Part shown: piece after piece, positions 9,812 to 19,900 of the stretch
Position numbering within the stretch: position 1 is the first letter of the stretch
Layout: every line of letters starts with the position of its first letter
Source of the DNA: a virus
Lineage: Duplodnaviria > Caudoviricetes
Virus record (IMG/VR): IMGVR_UViG_3300042557_001137
Location: 1 to 60,910 of that record
DNA: 60,910 bases
Strand: one strand, 5' to 3'
Program-made: the position numbers and the translations under genes
The notes under the pieces: generated by a model
Told to the model about the DNA's origin: nothing
Seen by the model: only the letters and a program-made list of their open reading frames with translations
The model's database searches: none

Positions 9812-10506
9812 GTAAAGGCGCGGACGCTGCCGACGTAGTCGTCTTGGAAATAGGTCGGCGACGTGTAGTTTTGGATCAACATACGGCCGCTGGTCGTCAA
9901 TCGCATACCGTCCGATTTTTCGTTTGGCAGAGTGACGATCGCAAGCTCATCGGTTGCGTACAACAGGTCAGTCAAGTTGATCGGAGGAAGCGTTCGACCA
10001 AAATCAAAAGCTATCGACGCCTGACGGTACGTAAAGCTTACCGCCGTACCGCCGCTAGCTTCTGGTTTTGCTACAACCGTCGTAACTGTAGCTTCGATCG
10101 CTGTGATAGAAGAAGCAACATCCGGTTGAGTGACGTCAGACGTTACAGCTGTACCGCCACTGGCGGTAGCTTGTGGCTCGACGACCGCAGTTGAAGCAAC
10201 TGCATCGATAACGGCAACAGCAGCGGCAGGCTGGCTTGACCAGTCAGTCAGACCAATAGCGTCAGTTGAAATCTCTATTTCAATGGCTGTTGAAGACGCG
10301 CTAACAGCTATTTCTGTGCTTGGTAGAGGAAGAAGTTGAACAGCCGCAATCAAATGCGCAGCCGCTGTTCCAACAGCAATCCCAGAAATAGCTACCAGCC
10401 TCTGTCCAGCGTTTCCGGGAGACAAGGCGCGAGCCATCAGATGTGCGGCGGCGGTGCCTGAAGGAAGCTTAGACAACGCTATAAGACGCTGTGCAGCGGT
10501 CGTCAC
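9808..10506 (-). CDS. Ala/Thr-rich virion protein with short internal repeats
   Basis: Repeat QRL.A.S....GTAAAHL twice, ASGGTAV twice; C-terminal YFQDDYVG. Confidence 0.6.
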   Translation of the reverse strand: MTTAAQRLIALSKLPSGTAAAHLMARALSPGNAGQRLVAISGIAVGTAAAHLIAAVQLLPLPSTEIAVSASSTAIEIEISTDAIGLTDWSSQPAAAVAVIDAVASTAVVEPQATASGGTAVTSDVTQPDVASSITAIEATVTTVVAKPEASGGTAVSFTYRQASIAFDFGRTLPPINLTDLLYATDELAIVTLPNEKSDGMRLTTSGRMLIQNYTSPTYFQDDYVGSVRAFT

Positions 10507-10934
10507 GGCAGCACCTTGTTCCAGACTGCATCAGCGACCTGCGCGGGCGTCGGGATGGCGCCGCCGGTGTTCACCACCGTCGAGGCCGCCGACTGGATCA
10601 GGAGGGTCTGGACTCCGGCGGAGTAGGCGATGGGGTCTCCTGCGGGTCCTCCGATGAGGTTTCCGCCGGCGACTCGGGCGACGTAATTGCCGGTTGCGAA
10701 CCGAAGCTGCCACGCCCCCAGTAATTCGACGGTGAGGCCGACCTGCACGCCTGGGCCGAGGAGGTTAAGTCCTGATCCGGTTCCGACGCGGGCATAGATG
10801 ATCCCCTCTTCGCTCGCCTGGGCCGCTTTGATGGCGTCATACAGCTGATCGCAATCCACGTCCGTCGTGCCGGCGTCGACGTCGATGACCGACGTCTCGA
10901 ACCGGAACGTGAACGGGGCCGTGTAGTAGGCCAT
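10503..10934 (-). CDS. hypothetical virion appendage protein
   Basis: 143-aa ORF with strong GC3 bias, ends PTPAQVADAVW. Confidence 0.65.
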   Translation of the reverse strand: MAYYTAPFTFRFETSVIDVDAGTTDVDCDQLYDAIKAAQASEEGIIYARVGTGSGLNLLGPGVQVGLTVELLGAWQLRFATGNYVARVAGGNLIGGPAGDPIAYSAGVQTLLIQSAASTVVNTGGAIPTPAQVADAVWNKVLP

Positions 10935-10937
10935 CCG

Positions 10938-12374
10938 TCACACGTCGCTGTTGCGGCTGGCGTTGACCGAGCCACCAGCGGAGGTGACGCTCAAGAGCGT
11001 GTTGAACGGGATGATCGGCGAGCCGCCCGAGCCGTTGCGTACGTCCACGCGCGCGGTAAAGTTGGACGCAAAGATGAACGTCACAGACTCGGAAGCCGAG
11101 GCGGCGACCTTGTCGACGTAGGGCACGAACACCTCGTCGGCCGCCACGATGTTCGAAGCCAGCGCCGGGGACAGGCCCGAGAAGGTCTTGGTGCCGGCGT
11201 TGAACGACGAGTAGGTGTGCCGCAGCCCCTTGATCCGGATGACGCCCGAGCTCGGGGTGTCGGTCTTGATGGACTCGACCACCGTGAGCGCGGTCGCGCC
11301 GGAGCTCGCGGCGACCGGCGTGTACTCGTCCCGAAGGATGCCGCCGGAGCCGTTCTCGCGCGCGACGAGCACCCGATCGCCTGCGACCAGGTTGCCGACC
11401 GCGATGCCGATGAGAGTCGGCGGCACCTGGGTGGTGCCGTCGTGCGCGATGAGCTGGTAGCGGGTCGCCTCAGCGGGCAGCACTCCGGTCAGCGCCCAGC
11501 CCTGGGCGACGAAGAACGTGCCACCGGCGAAGGTGCCGAACGGGGCGGACGGGATCTCGGTGTAGGCGGCGTTGAGCACCCGGTAGCGCCAGCCCGGCGC
11601 GCCGTTGAGCGTCGCGGTGCTGGTCTCGCGCGCGAGGTACTGCAGATACTGGTACGCCTCCTGCAGCGTGCAGCCGCCAGTGAGGGCGATGGTGCCCTTG
11701 TACGCCTTCGAGCCGTTGCCGTTGTTGAGGTCGAGGGTGGTGTCGCCGAACGTGACAGTGACCTTCGAGGACAGGAGCGCGGCGTTGGCCTCAGACAGCA
11801 CGATATTCGAGTCGAGGGCGGTCGAGAGCGCCGCGTTCGACTCGCCACCGGCCGCGAGGTTGACGTCGAAGTGGGAGTAGGTCTGGCCCCACTTGCGCGA
11901 GAAGGCGGTCACGTTGCCCGAGTCGATGAAGGCGCCGCCAGTGCGCACCTTGACGAGAATCTGGACGTGGCCGTCCGACCAGAACTTCGTCAGCTTGTTG
12001 CCGTTCTGCACGACGTAGATCGGGCTGGCTGCGACGATGCCGCCGATGGTCTTGAGGCCCGAGTACTGGACGGCGGCGGCGGCCTGCTTGACCGAGCCGA
12101 AGTTGATGAACTGCGCGGCCGTGTCATCGAGGTTGAACGACACCGAGCCGTCGGTCAGCAGGTTGAGTCGGGACGCGACCGCCACGTCACGCGGGCCGTC
12201 GAGCTTCGACGGGTTCGGGGCGAGGATGGCGAGCAGGTCGTTGCCGGCTGCGGATTCGTCGTCGGCGAGATCCTGCAGCCAGGCATGAAGCTCGAGCACC
12301 GAATAGACGTCGGTTCCCGAGACGTGCCGGATGTCGCCGTTGGTTGCGACCGAAAAGTCTGTTGCGATGGGCAT
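10938..12374 (-). CDS. putative virion appendage protein
   Basis: 478-aa ORF with strong GC3 bias; C-terminal domain resembles that of 12378..15608. Confidence 0.7.
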   Translation of the reverse strand: MPIATDFSVATNGDIRHVSGTDVYSVLELHAWLQDLADDESAAGNDLLAILAPNPSKLDGPRDVAVASRLNLLTDGSVSFNLDDTAAQFINFGSVKQAAAAVQYSGLKTIGGIVAASPIYVVQNGNKLTKFWSDGHVQILVKVRTGGAFIDSGNVTAFSRKWGQTYSHFDVNLAAGGESNAALSTALDSNIVLSEANAALLSSKVTVTFGDTTLDLNNGNGSKAYKGTIALTGGCTLQEAYQYLQYLARETSTATLNGAPGWRYRVLNAAYTEIPSAPFGTFAGGTFFVAQGWALTGVLPAEATRYQLIAHDGTTQVPPTLIGIAVGNLVAGDRVLVARENGSGGILRDEYTPVAASSGATALTVVESIKTDTPSSGVIRIKGLRHTYSSFNAGTKTFSGLSPALASNIVAADEVFVPYVDKVAASASESVTFIFASNFTARVDVRNGSGGSPIIPFNTLLSVTSAGGSVNASRNSDV

Positions 12375-12377
12375 GGC

Positions 12378-15300
12378 TTACTCGTCCAGTTGTTGGTTGG
12401 CGGTTTGGCTGTTGTTCGACGCTGCGAGCGTGGTCGTCGTGCGCCACTCTTGGTAGAACGGGGAAGAGGTCGCCTTTCGGACGATGATCTCCACCGGGAT
12501 GTCCGACGTGTGCGTGTAGCTGTACGCGAAGCTCGACCCGCTGACGGTCTGGTTGGCGATGACCGCCGACGTGTCCGTCCGCCGGATCAGGATGCGCGAC
12601 CCGCTGACGATGTTGTTGACCGTCAGCGTGTAGCTGGCTGCTGGCGAGTAGTAGGTGCCATCATCGGCTTGCATACGAGCGAAGCCCGGAACCTCGTTGT
12701 CGCTGGCATCAACCACGCGCACACCCTTGAGCGCCGCGCCGGTCGATCCGAACAGCGTTCCGCGCTGCGTCTCGAGGGCCGTGCCGACCGCAACCACCAT
12801 GACGGGCCACGCCATGTTGTGGAAGCCGCCGCCGAGCGTGAAGGCGTCCTGCGCGGTCTGCCACGACAGCCACTGCGCGACCTGCGGGGCCGAGACACCG
12901 GCAGGTACGGTGACAGTGACCGACCACTGCTTGCCGTTCCACGTCACGGGCGAAGCGCCGTGGTTCGTGACCGTGATGCCCAGTGCGCCGGGGTCGGTGT
13001 CCGCAATCGCCGTGTCGGCCTGGTTGAGCGGAAACGCGGCGCCGTCTTCGGTGAGCGTGAACGGCGTCTGGACCTCTGCCCAGCCGGGGCGGCGGACGCG
13101 GAGCGTTACGTTCGCGTCGGCGAACCACGCGGGATACAGGCGCGACTGAGTCGACGGCCGCACGTCTAGCAGGCGCCCGTCGCTGTTGCGGAAGATTGCG
13201 GACAGCGAACCGGACTGAACGCCCGACAAAGCAACGGTCGGCTCGTTGTACGGGTAGGGGTTCGCGACGATGTCGGCCGCGCTGGTCGCGCCGAACCAAG
13301 ACACCGTGCGCAGCACGTTGCCCGTGTTCGCGACCACGCATCGGGCACGCAGGCGGATCTTGACGCCCGACGGGCTGATGCCCGTCTCGGCCGACAGGTT
13401 CGCGGTGTTGAGGGTCTTGAACGTGCCCGAGAAGCCCGTTCCTTTGTCGAGGTCGTAGGTGAGCGCGATGTTCGCGGTGTTCGTGCCGGAAACGACAGGC
13501 GCGGTGTTCGAGAACCCGGTCAGCCCCCGAATCCAGTACGGCCACGTCCACGTCACCTGATCGTCGAGCGCGCGCAGGAGCAGACCGTTGGTGCCGTCGC
13601 GCCGGATGGTGCCGACGTCATCGACGTATGCCGACTGACTGAACGGAGACGGGCTTTTATCGATGCCTGTGAACACAGAAAGCATCGCTTCAGTTGCCGA
13701 CACTTCCTGCTCGGCAAAGTGCAAGCCGATGGTCGAGAACGTCGTCGGGGTGGTGCCGTTAGCCAGAGCTGCCGCATGAGTGCGGTTTCCGCCCGAAGCC
13801 GTGCGTTGTATAAACGCGGTTTGAGGGAATGTCGCAAGCACGCTGCTTGCCGCGAAAGCTGTCGGATCGCCGCAATCGGAGATCCACACCTCATCGCAGT
13901 TTTGCGTCAGGACTGTCGAGTCAGCCGCCTGCGAACCTCCGCTAAAGTAAACCCGCGAGACACGCGCGGTCTTGACGTTGACAAGCTGCGCGACATACCG
14001 ACCGTCGGCGCCCAGCACCATCGGCGCGGCGCGTGTGCCGATGTTCCGAATGCGAATGTTGGTCGTCTGATCCTGCGCGAGCACTGCGGTAAACACGAAC
14101 GCGAGCGTCCCAGGAAAGAGCGCCAATCCGTCGACCGCTACGTCGGCGCAGTTGATGAACTGGATGGCGTAGTTGGCGCGCGTCCCAGTGGCAGCGTGCA
14201 GAGATGCAACGACGATGTTGGTGATTTCCACCGCCGCGCAGCCAACGAGCGCCATCGCGACGTTGGCCGCCCCCGAGACGTGGACGCAGTTGCGCAGCAC
14301 AATCTCGCTGGAGTACGAAACCGTCCACGATGTAACCGACTTGTTGTTGAACGCCTCGCACGAGTCGAAGACGACCCCGACGCAGTTGGCGACGTTGAAC
14401 GCGCCCGTGGCGGTTCCGGACCCCGCCGCCTGAAAGCTCTCGCAGCCCTTGAACTCAACATCTGTCGAGTAGCCGACCGCGAAGCTTTGATGATTGATAG
14501 CGCCGACGCGCGACGCTGCCACATTCTCAAAGCGAACTTGCGACAGGGCGGTTGCGTTGCTTGTGGCGTTCGATTGCCCCCCGGCCCAGCATGAATCAGC
14601 ACCGCAAGAGTCCTTGACGCGGTAAAGAGAGGCGTTTCTTGCTCCGAACAACGTGTTCGCGCAAGCAAACTCGACGTCTACCACGCCGCCCGTCGACAAG
14701 AATTCGTAGCGGTTCAGGACGTTTACCGTGTTGAAGGTGTTTGCCGACCAGTTCGCTGAAGTCGAGCTTGAGAAATGCACGTTCGGAACGCGGATACGCG
14801 CGCCGCTCGGCGGCAACCGCCCGAAGGTCGCGCCGCCGAACGTGATGACCCCAGCCGCCGAGCAGGTGAAGTACCGACCCCTGCCATCGGTGGCGATGTT
14901 GGTCGCGTTGAACTCGGCAGACGGAGCGCAGCCCCACCATTCGTACACCCCTGAGCCTGCCGCCGTCTCGATCTGCACGGCTGAGACAAAGTCAGCGACG
15001 TAGTGCTGGACTGTCTGACCGGAGACACCGCTTGCCGTGCCGAGGTCGAACCAGTCGCCGCGCACGGTAAGCGCGCCTAGGCGCGGAATGTTCACAATGC
15101 CCGTGGTCCCGCCTGTGCCCTCAACGCCGACGACGTGTATCCAGCCGCGCTGCCCCGCGCTCGAAAGCGTGGCGGTCGCGCCGCCGGCGAAGGTCAGCAC
15201 GTCGTTTGCGGCGAGGGTGGCGCTGCGACGGCGCAGTTTGATCCAGCCAGTCGCCGGCATCGCGCCGCCGGGGGCGCTTGGTGCGGCGCCGAGCGCCGTC

Positions 15301-15608
15301 CAGATGCCGAGGTACTCGCCGACGTTCGAGCCGCCGCGCGTCACGTCGGGGGTGCCTTGGACGCCTAGCGCCGGGACGTTGCCCGTCGCCGCGCTGAACG
15401 GAACCCACCAGACGTCACGCCCGTCTATCCGCAGCTCGCCATCGTTGACATCCATCACTCCAAGAACGGCGGCGTTTTGACCCCAGCGGACGTCGGAGTT
15501 GATGGTGACGGAACCACCCGAATTGATGGTGATGGTTTCGCCGTTCAGGAGCCCCGAAACCGAGGCGTCGTCGTAGTTGACGGCGGTGGTGACGGTTTGG
15601 TTGGCCAT
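12378..15608 (-). CDS. large tail spike/fibre with probable parallel beta-helix
   Basis: 1076 aa; central repeats such as V.F..C (DVEFKGC, GVVFDSC, EIVLRNC) typical of right-handed beta-helices. Confidence 0.7.
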   Translation of the reverse strand: MANQTVTTAVNYDDASVSGLLNGETITINSGGSVTINSDVRWGQNAAVLGVMDVNDGELRIDGRDVWWVPFSAATGNVPALGVQGTPDVTRGGSNVGEYLGIWTALGAAPSAPGGAMPATGWIKLRRRSATLAANDVLTFAGGATATLSSAGQRGWIHVVGVEGTGGTTGIVNIPRLGALTVRGDWFDLGTASGVSGQTVQHYVADFVSAVQIETAAGSGVYEWWGCAPSAEFNATNIATDGRGRYFTCSAAGVITFGGATFGRLPPSGARIRVPNVHFSSSTSANWSANTFNTVNVLNRYEFLSTGGVVDVEFACANTLFGARNASLYRVKDSCGADSCWAGGQSNATSNATALSQVRFENVAASRVGAINHQSFAVGYSTDVEFKGCESFQAAGSGTATGAFNVANCVGVVFDSCEAFNNKSVTSWTVSYSSEIVLRNCVHVSGAANVAMALVGCAAVEITNIVVASLHAATGTRANYAIQFINCADVAVDGLALFPGTLAFVFTAVLAQDQTTNIRIRNIGTRAAPMVLGADGRYVAQLVNVKTARVSRVYFSGGSQAADSTVLTQNCDEVWISDCGDPTAFAASSVLATFPQTAFIQRTASGGNRTHAAALANGTTPTTFSTIGLHFAEQEVSATEAMLSVFTGIDKSPSPFSQSAYVDDVGTIRRDGTNGLLLRALDDQVTWTWPYWIRGLTGFSNTAPVVSGTNTANIALTYDLDKGTGFSGTFKTLNTANLSAETGISPSGVKIRLRARCVVANTGNVLRTVSWFGATSAADIVANPYPYNEPTVALSGVQSGSLSAIFRNSDGRLLDVRPSTQSRLYPAWFADANVTLRVRRPGWAEVQTPFTLTEDGAAFPLNQADTAIADTDPGALGITVTNHGASPVTWNGKQWSVTVTVPAGVSAPQVAQWLSWQTAQDAFTLGGGFHNMAWPVMVVAVGTALETQRGTLFGSTGAALKGVRVVDASDNEVPGFARMQADDGTYYSPAASYTLTVNNIVSGSRILIRRTDTSAVIANQTVSGSSFAYSYTHTSDIPVEIIVRKATSSPFYQEWRTTTTLAASNNSQTANQQLDE

Positions 15609-15946
15609 TAAGCAAAATCTTCGCGCAGTTTGAATTTCAACAGATCGTACACAGTCTGACGTGCGCCGGCTGCCGCCCAGACAATTTCGACTTCGCCTTC
15701 GTACTCGCCGGCGGGACGATCAAGGTCACCTATTTGCCACGTAAACACGGCTTTGCCGTCGGTAGCCGCGCCAGGACTGACCACTCCTTCACGAGAAAAA
15801 AGCACGGTTGTGCTTCCGACTTCCCGGAAATGCAGTGTCACCGTAGCACCGGTCAAATCGATCGGCAGCTTTGTGTTTGGATCGGTAAGAGTGACTCTGA
15901 CCTGCGGGTAAGTGTCACCTTGAACGAGCTTTATCTTGGTAGCCAT
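15608..15946 (-). CDS. BppU/DUF2479-like baseplate upper domain protein
   Basis: IKLVQGDT.P..PIDLTGATV..G.YEGEVEI..QTVYD..KF..REDF. Confidence 0.7.
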   Translation of the reverse strand: MATKIKLVQGDTYPQVRVTLTDPNTKLPIDLTGATVTLHFREVGSTTVLFSREGVVSPGAATDGKAVFTWQIGDLDRPAGEYEGEVEIVWAAAGARQTVYDLLKFKLREDFA

Positions 15947-16011
15947 TCTAGACCTTTACGAGGCGGCGCCTCTTCGAATGGTAGCAAATTGGGGGGTCAT
16001 GTGCATCAACA

Positions 16012-16455
16012 TCAAAGAAGCCGGCTTTCAGCCTGGCGCCGGCGAACAAGCCCCGGTAGCACACGCCCCCCGCCCCTAGTCCAACGCATCAACTGCTCTT
16101 TGGCGCCTTCCCAGTCCTCCATGTTGAGCTTCCGGCGCAAAGTGCTTGTCTGAAGTCGACCAACGCCTAGATTATAGGCAAAGTCAACAATCGCGTTAAG
16201 CCTAGCTGGATGGGCTACAAGCCCTGGGCACGCCCGTAGTACGCCGGGCAGATAGTCGTTGCGCAGCTGGTCCAGCAGCAGCGCTTCTGCTTGCTGTCTA
16301 GTGACGGGCGGGTCATCAAGGCTCACCGCTCGGCCAGTTGAGTACCTTGTAGTCCCGTAACCGATAGTAGCCACGCTAGCCGGGCACAAGTATGGCTTGG
16401 CCCGAAACCCCTCAAACTCCTTGCAAAGGGCGATGGCGATCGACAAATCCATCAA
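16012..16455 (-). CDS. endolysin, GH24 lysozyme
   Basis: FEGFRAKPYLCPA.V.TIGYG, DFAYNLG, GLVRRRQAE motifs. Confidence 0.92.
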   Translation of the reverse strand: MMDLSIAIALCKEFEGFRAKPYLCPASVATIGYGTTRYSTGRAVSLDDPPVTRQQAEALLLDQLRNDYLPGVLRACPGLVAHPARLNAIVDFAYNLGVGRLQTSTLRRKLNMEDWEGAKEQLMRWTRGGGRVLPGLVRRRQAESRLL

Positions 16456-16946
16456 AGCCCCCGCTGCTTGAGCGTACGGTCAAGGAACCAGTAGTTCAAC
16501 GTACCCGCAACCAAAGCGGAAAAATCCGGGGTAAGCATGGCCTTGAACGCGGCGGTCGGATCTAGCCCTGCGCTGATAGCCTGGGCGCAATACCACAGGT
16601 GGACCAACGACCAGAGCAGCAACACCCAGTACGTGATCACTGGACGGACGCTGGACGCTAAAGCCGCTACCCACCCGGACGTGGCTTTGGTCATCTCTGT
16701 CTGCTGTTCGATCGCGGCCTTGAACGCGTCGATGACTCCGCTGTCCACGGCCAAATCCCGCTGCGCTCCGATCTCGGCCATCTTCTGGGCCCCGCGCTGC
16801 TCTTCCAGCTTGCACTGCCGGTCAAACATGGCCAGTTCGTGACCGCGTTCGCTTTTGCGATCGAACGCTTTGATGAACTCGGGCACAAGACGGAACACAC
16901 CACCGATAACGCTACCCAAAACGCCACCACCAAGAGCTTCCAACAT
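16452..16946 (-). CDS. putative holin (3TM holin-like)
   Basis: SVRPVITY motif, transmembrane segments, YWFLDR near the C-terminus; directly upstream of the lysozyme. Confidence 0.65.
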   Translation of the reverse strand: MLEALGGGVLGSVIGGVFRLVPEFIKAFDRKSERGHELAMFDRQCKLEEQRGAQKMAEIGAQRDLAVDSGVIDAFKAAIEQQTEMTKATSGWVAALASSVRPVITYWVLLLWSLVHLWYCAQAISAGLDPTAAFKAMLTPDFSALVAGTLNYWFLDRTLKQRGL

Positions 16947-16961
16947 ACAAGTTTCTCCTGA

Positions 16962-19900
16962 TCAAAGAAGAGTGTAGAGAGGCAACAGCCGGTCGCCGAC
17001 CGTTTTGTCAACGCGCCAGCCGTTAGTCATAGCCACATCAAGGGTTTCAGCCGTAGGCCCAAGCAACGAGAACAGCGGACTTTGCCCCCATTCGCCGCTC
17101 TGGTTGGCACTGGTTATGATCGCCATAGCTCCGTGCAACCCGGTGCGGTTGAACGTTTCGCCAAGATACTCCGGCCAATCCATACGGTCGGTTTTGAAGA
17201 ACCGTTGGTCAGCTTCCACGCCAGGCAGAAGGGCGGCAAGACCATACTTGGCGTACTCACGAAGCTCCAACCCGAGCATGGCCAACGGCATCAAAGCGAC
17301 GATCGGCAGCGCAATGCTATAAGCCGCAGCGGTCATCATGGCTTTGTTGTTTGCTGCCGCTCCGGTCTGCAGCTTGCTTATAAGCTCGCGCTTTACGCCG
17401 CCAACGATCACTTTGCCCATAGAGTAGAAATACCCCTTGAGCTGCCACACCAGCGCCCAATGCGGATCCGAAGCCCACGTCGGGCGCTCAGCAGCATTCG
17501 GGCTAAGGACCGACGACTGAACAAACCGTCGCACGGCGTTGGACATTTTCTGCCCTGCCGGGGAAGTCATGTCTCGACCGCCGTTGACCCAGTTCTGAAC
17601 GTCAGCTTGAGTAAGCCCAAGCTCGGCAAGATAGCGGTCAGAGTTCGGATTGCCCGTCTGGTTATCGGCGTGTTTCATGATGAACCGCACCGCCATACCA
17701 GCCGAAAATTCCCGTGTGAACCGCGTGAACCAGTTAAGGCCGATATAGGTGAAGAACTTGTCGGTAAGGTCCCTAGCTTTAGGGTCCATGTATTCAGCTT
17801 CCGCGTCGGAAACCCATACGTTGGCCATACTAGCCGAGGTGGTAAGACCGATATCACGGGCAAACCGAGCGGCTTCGTCGCGGTTTTTGATCTGGCTAGC
17901 GATCTCTTTGAACGCTTCGGTTATTGACGAAAACTCTTTAGAAGCAATGACCGGACCAGCCAGATCAGTAAGCGACGACAAAGTAGCAAAAGGCAGTAGC
18001 AGGATGAACTGCAAGAACTGCCCCCAGCTGTTCAGCTTTTTCCAGAACGGGCTCAACGGCTCCGACTGACGACCAAGGTAGATGTTGAGGATGTTCTCAA
18101 CCTCGGCCCGGTCGCGCGGTGACAACTTCTGCAGCTCGGTAAGCAACCTGCTGGATCTTTTACCATTGCTGTCTACGCCCTGAGTGTGTCGATTCCACTC
18201 TACTCGACGGGTTACATGGCTGACGTACTTCAGCATAGACAGCTCTGGATCAAGCAAAAACTGACCGAGCTTATTCTTGTCGAGGATGTTCTTGGTCAAA
18301 AGCAGGGCTTTTTCGACCTGCCCAGACGGATCAGTCGGAGAAACAGCAGGCTGCACATCGTCGTCGATCGCTTCTTGGATGTTCTTCATAGCTTTGATAG
18401 CCGCGTCGACCGCAGCCGGGTCAAGGCTCGGGTCAGCCTGCAACAGCACTGTGCGGAAGCCGTCAGGATCATTGGCAATCGCTTCCAGATCGAACACCGT
18501 AGGGAAGTAGTTAGGCAGCCGCCTGATGTTGGTGTTTGACGGAGCTATGTACTCGCTGTGTATACGCTCAAGGTACTGGCGTATTTCAAGCGCCTTTCCT
18601 TGCAGCTGAGCCGTAGGAATGCTCGTGTTCCGCGCTTCCAAAAGCGCTTGCTCGCGTGTGGCTTGGTCAAGCGTAGGGGGCATTATCTTGCCCCACTCTT
18701 CTTTCCACTTACGGAACGCGTCTGCACGAGCGCCAAGAAAACCCTGTCTACCGCCGCCGTCTGGGTCCTGGGACTGTACGTACATCATGTCGGCGATCGC
18801 CGGCGAGAACATGCGCAGTACACCGTCAGCCGTGCGCCAGACTTTAGTGAAGTCCAGCATGTTCGGGCTCTTAAGGAACGCGTTTAGTTTGCCGGCCATC
18901 ACCGCTGCGCGTTGCGCAGAACCAGCGCTGACAGACATCTCGTCGAACTTGTACACCATGCTCTTTTCCATGTACGACAGCCCGTTGTTCTCGGCCTGTT
19001 CGCGACGGCTCTTGAGCACGTCCGTCATGTACGTAGAAAAGTCGCCGCTGACTTTTTGCTTAAACCGCTTCTGGAACGAACGGCTAAGCGCGTCATACAG
19101 CCCACGAAGTCTGGCGACAAAGTCCTTGAAGAACTTTTCGGTCATGGACTTTGACTGTCGAGTTCGGTAGCGCTTGCTAGCCCACAGTGCTACCTGGTCC
19201 GAGAACCACTCCTCAAAACCGCCTTCCACGCCGTACTTCCGGCTCAAAGAAGCAAAGGTGCTGGACTTCCGATACGCCTTCATCAACCGGTCGCGGAGCT
19301 CTTTGTTGGCAAGAGACCTGTCGCGTTCTTCCTTGTAAAGGCTGTGCCCAAGTTCGTGCGCGAGCACCAAAGTGTCGCGCAAAGGGTTGTTTGACGGCTT
19401 GTAGATGATGACTTTTCCAAACTCGCCCGAAATGTGCTGCCCAAGCAGCGACCGGCTTTCGGCGAGCCGCTTCATGGAAAGCCGCACAGCGGCCAAGCCT
19501 TTTGGGAACGCGGCCTCAAGCTCCGCCCGGCTCATAGCCTGCAGCTCTGTCAAGGTGTAGATCTTCGGCGGATCCTTGAACTTGAGGATGGTAAGCAGGT
19601 CTTGCAAAACCGCGCGCACCATCGGCACAACGCTTTCGCTCATGCCCGCCACCCCGGCCGGCTCAACCGCCGGACGTGCTTGCGGAGATAGGGCAATACC
19701 GACCGGATCGACCGGCGCCGGAAGATCTCTTGCTCTCGGCGTTACACCAGAGACAGTAGATCGATCCATAGTGTTTTCAGACGAGAGCGGGTTCTGGTTG
19801 CCCATCTGCTCAACCAGGGTGTCGCCGGGGACCGGAGGAACGCCGCTGTATTCCGGTTCGCTGTCAACCGTGTCAGGAAGCTTTTCGTACGCCGTAACGT

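Noticed and set aside
11217-13169. 650-aa plus-strand ORF
   Set aside because: Antisense shadow of GC3-biased tail genes; R/G/V-rich with no motifs or RBS
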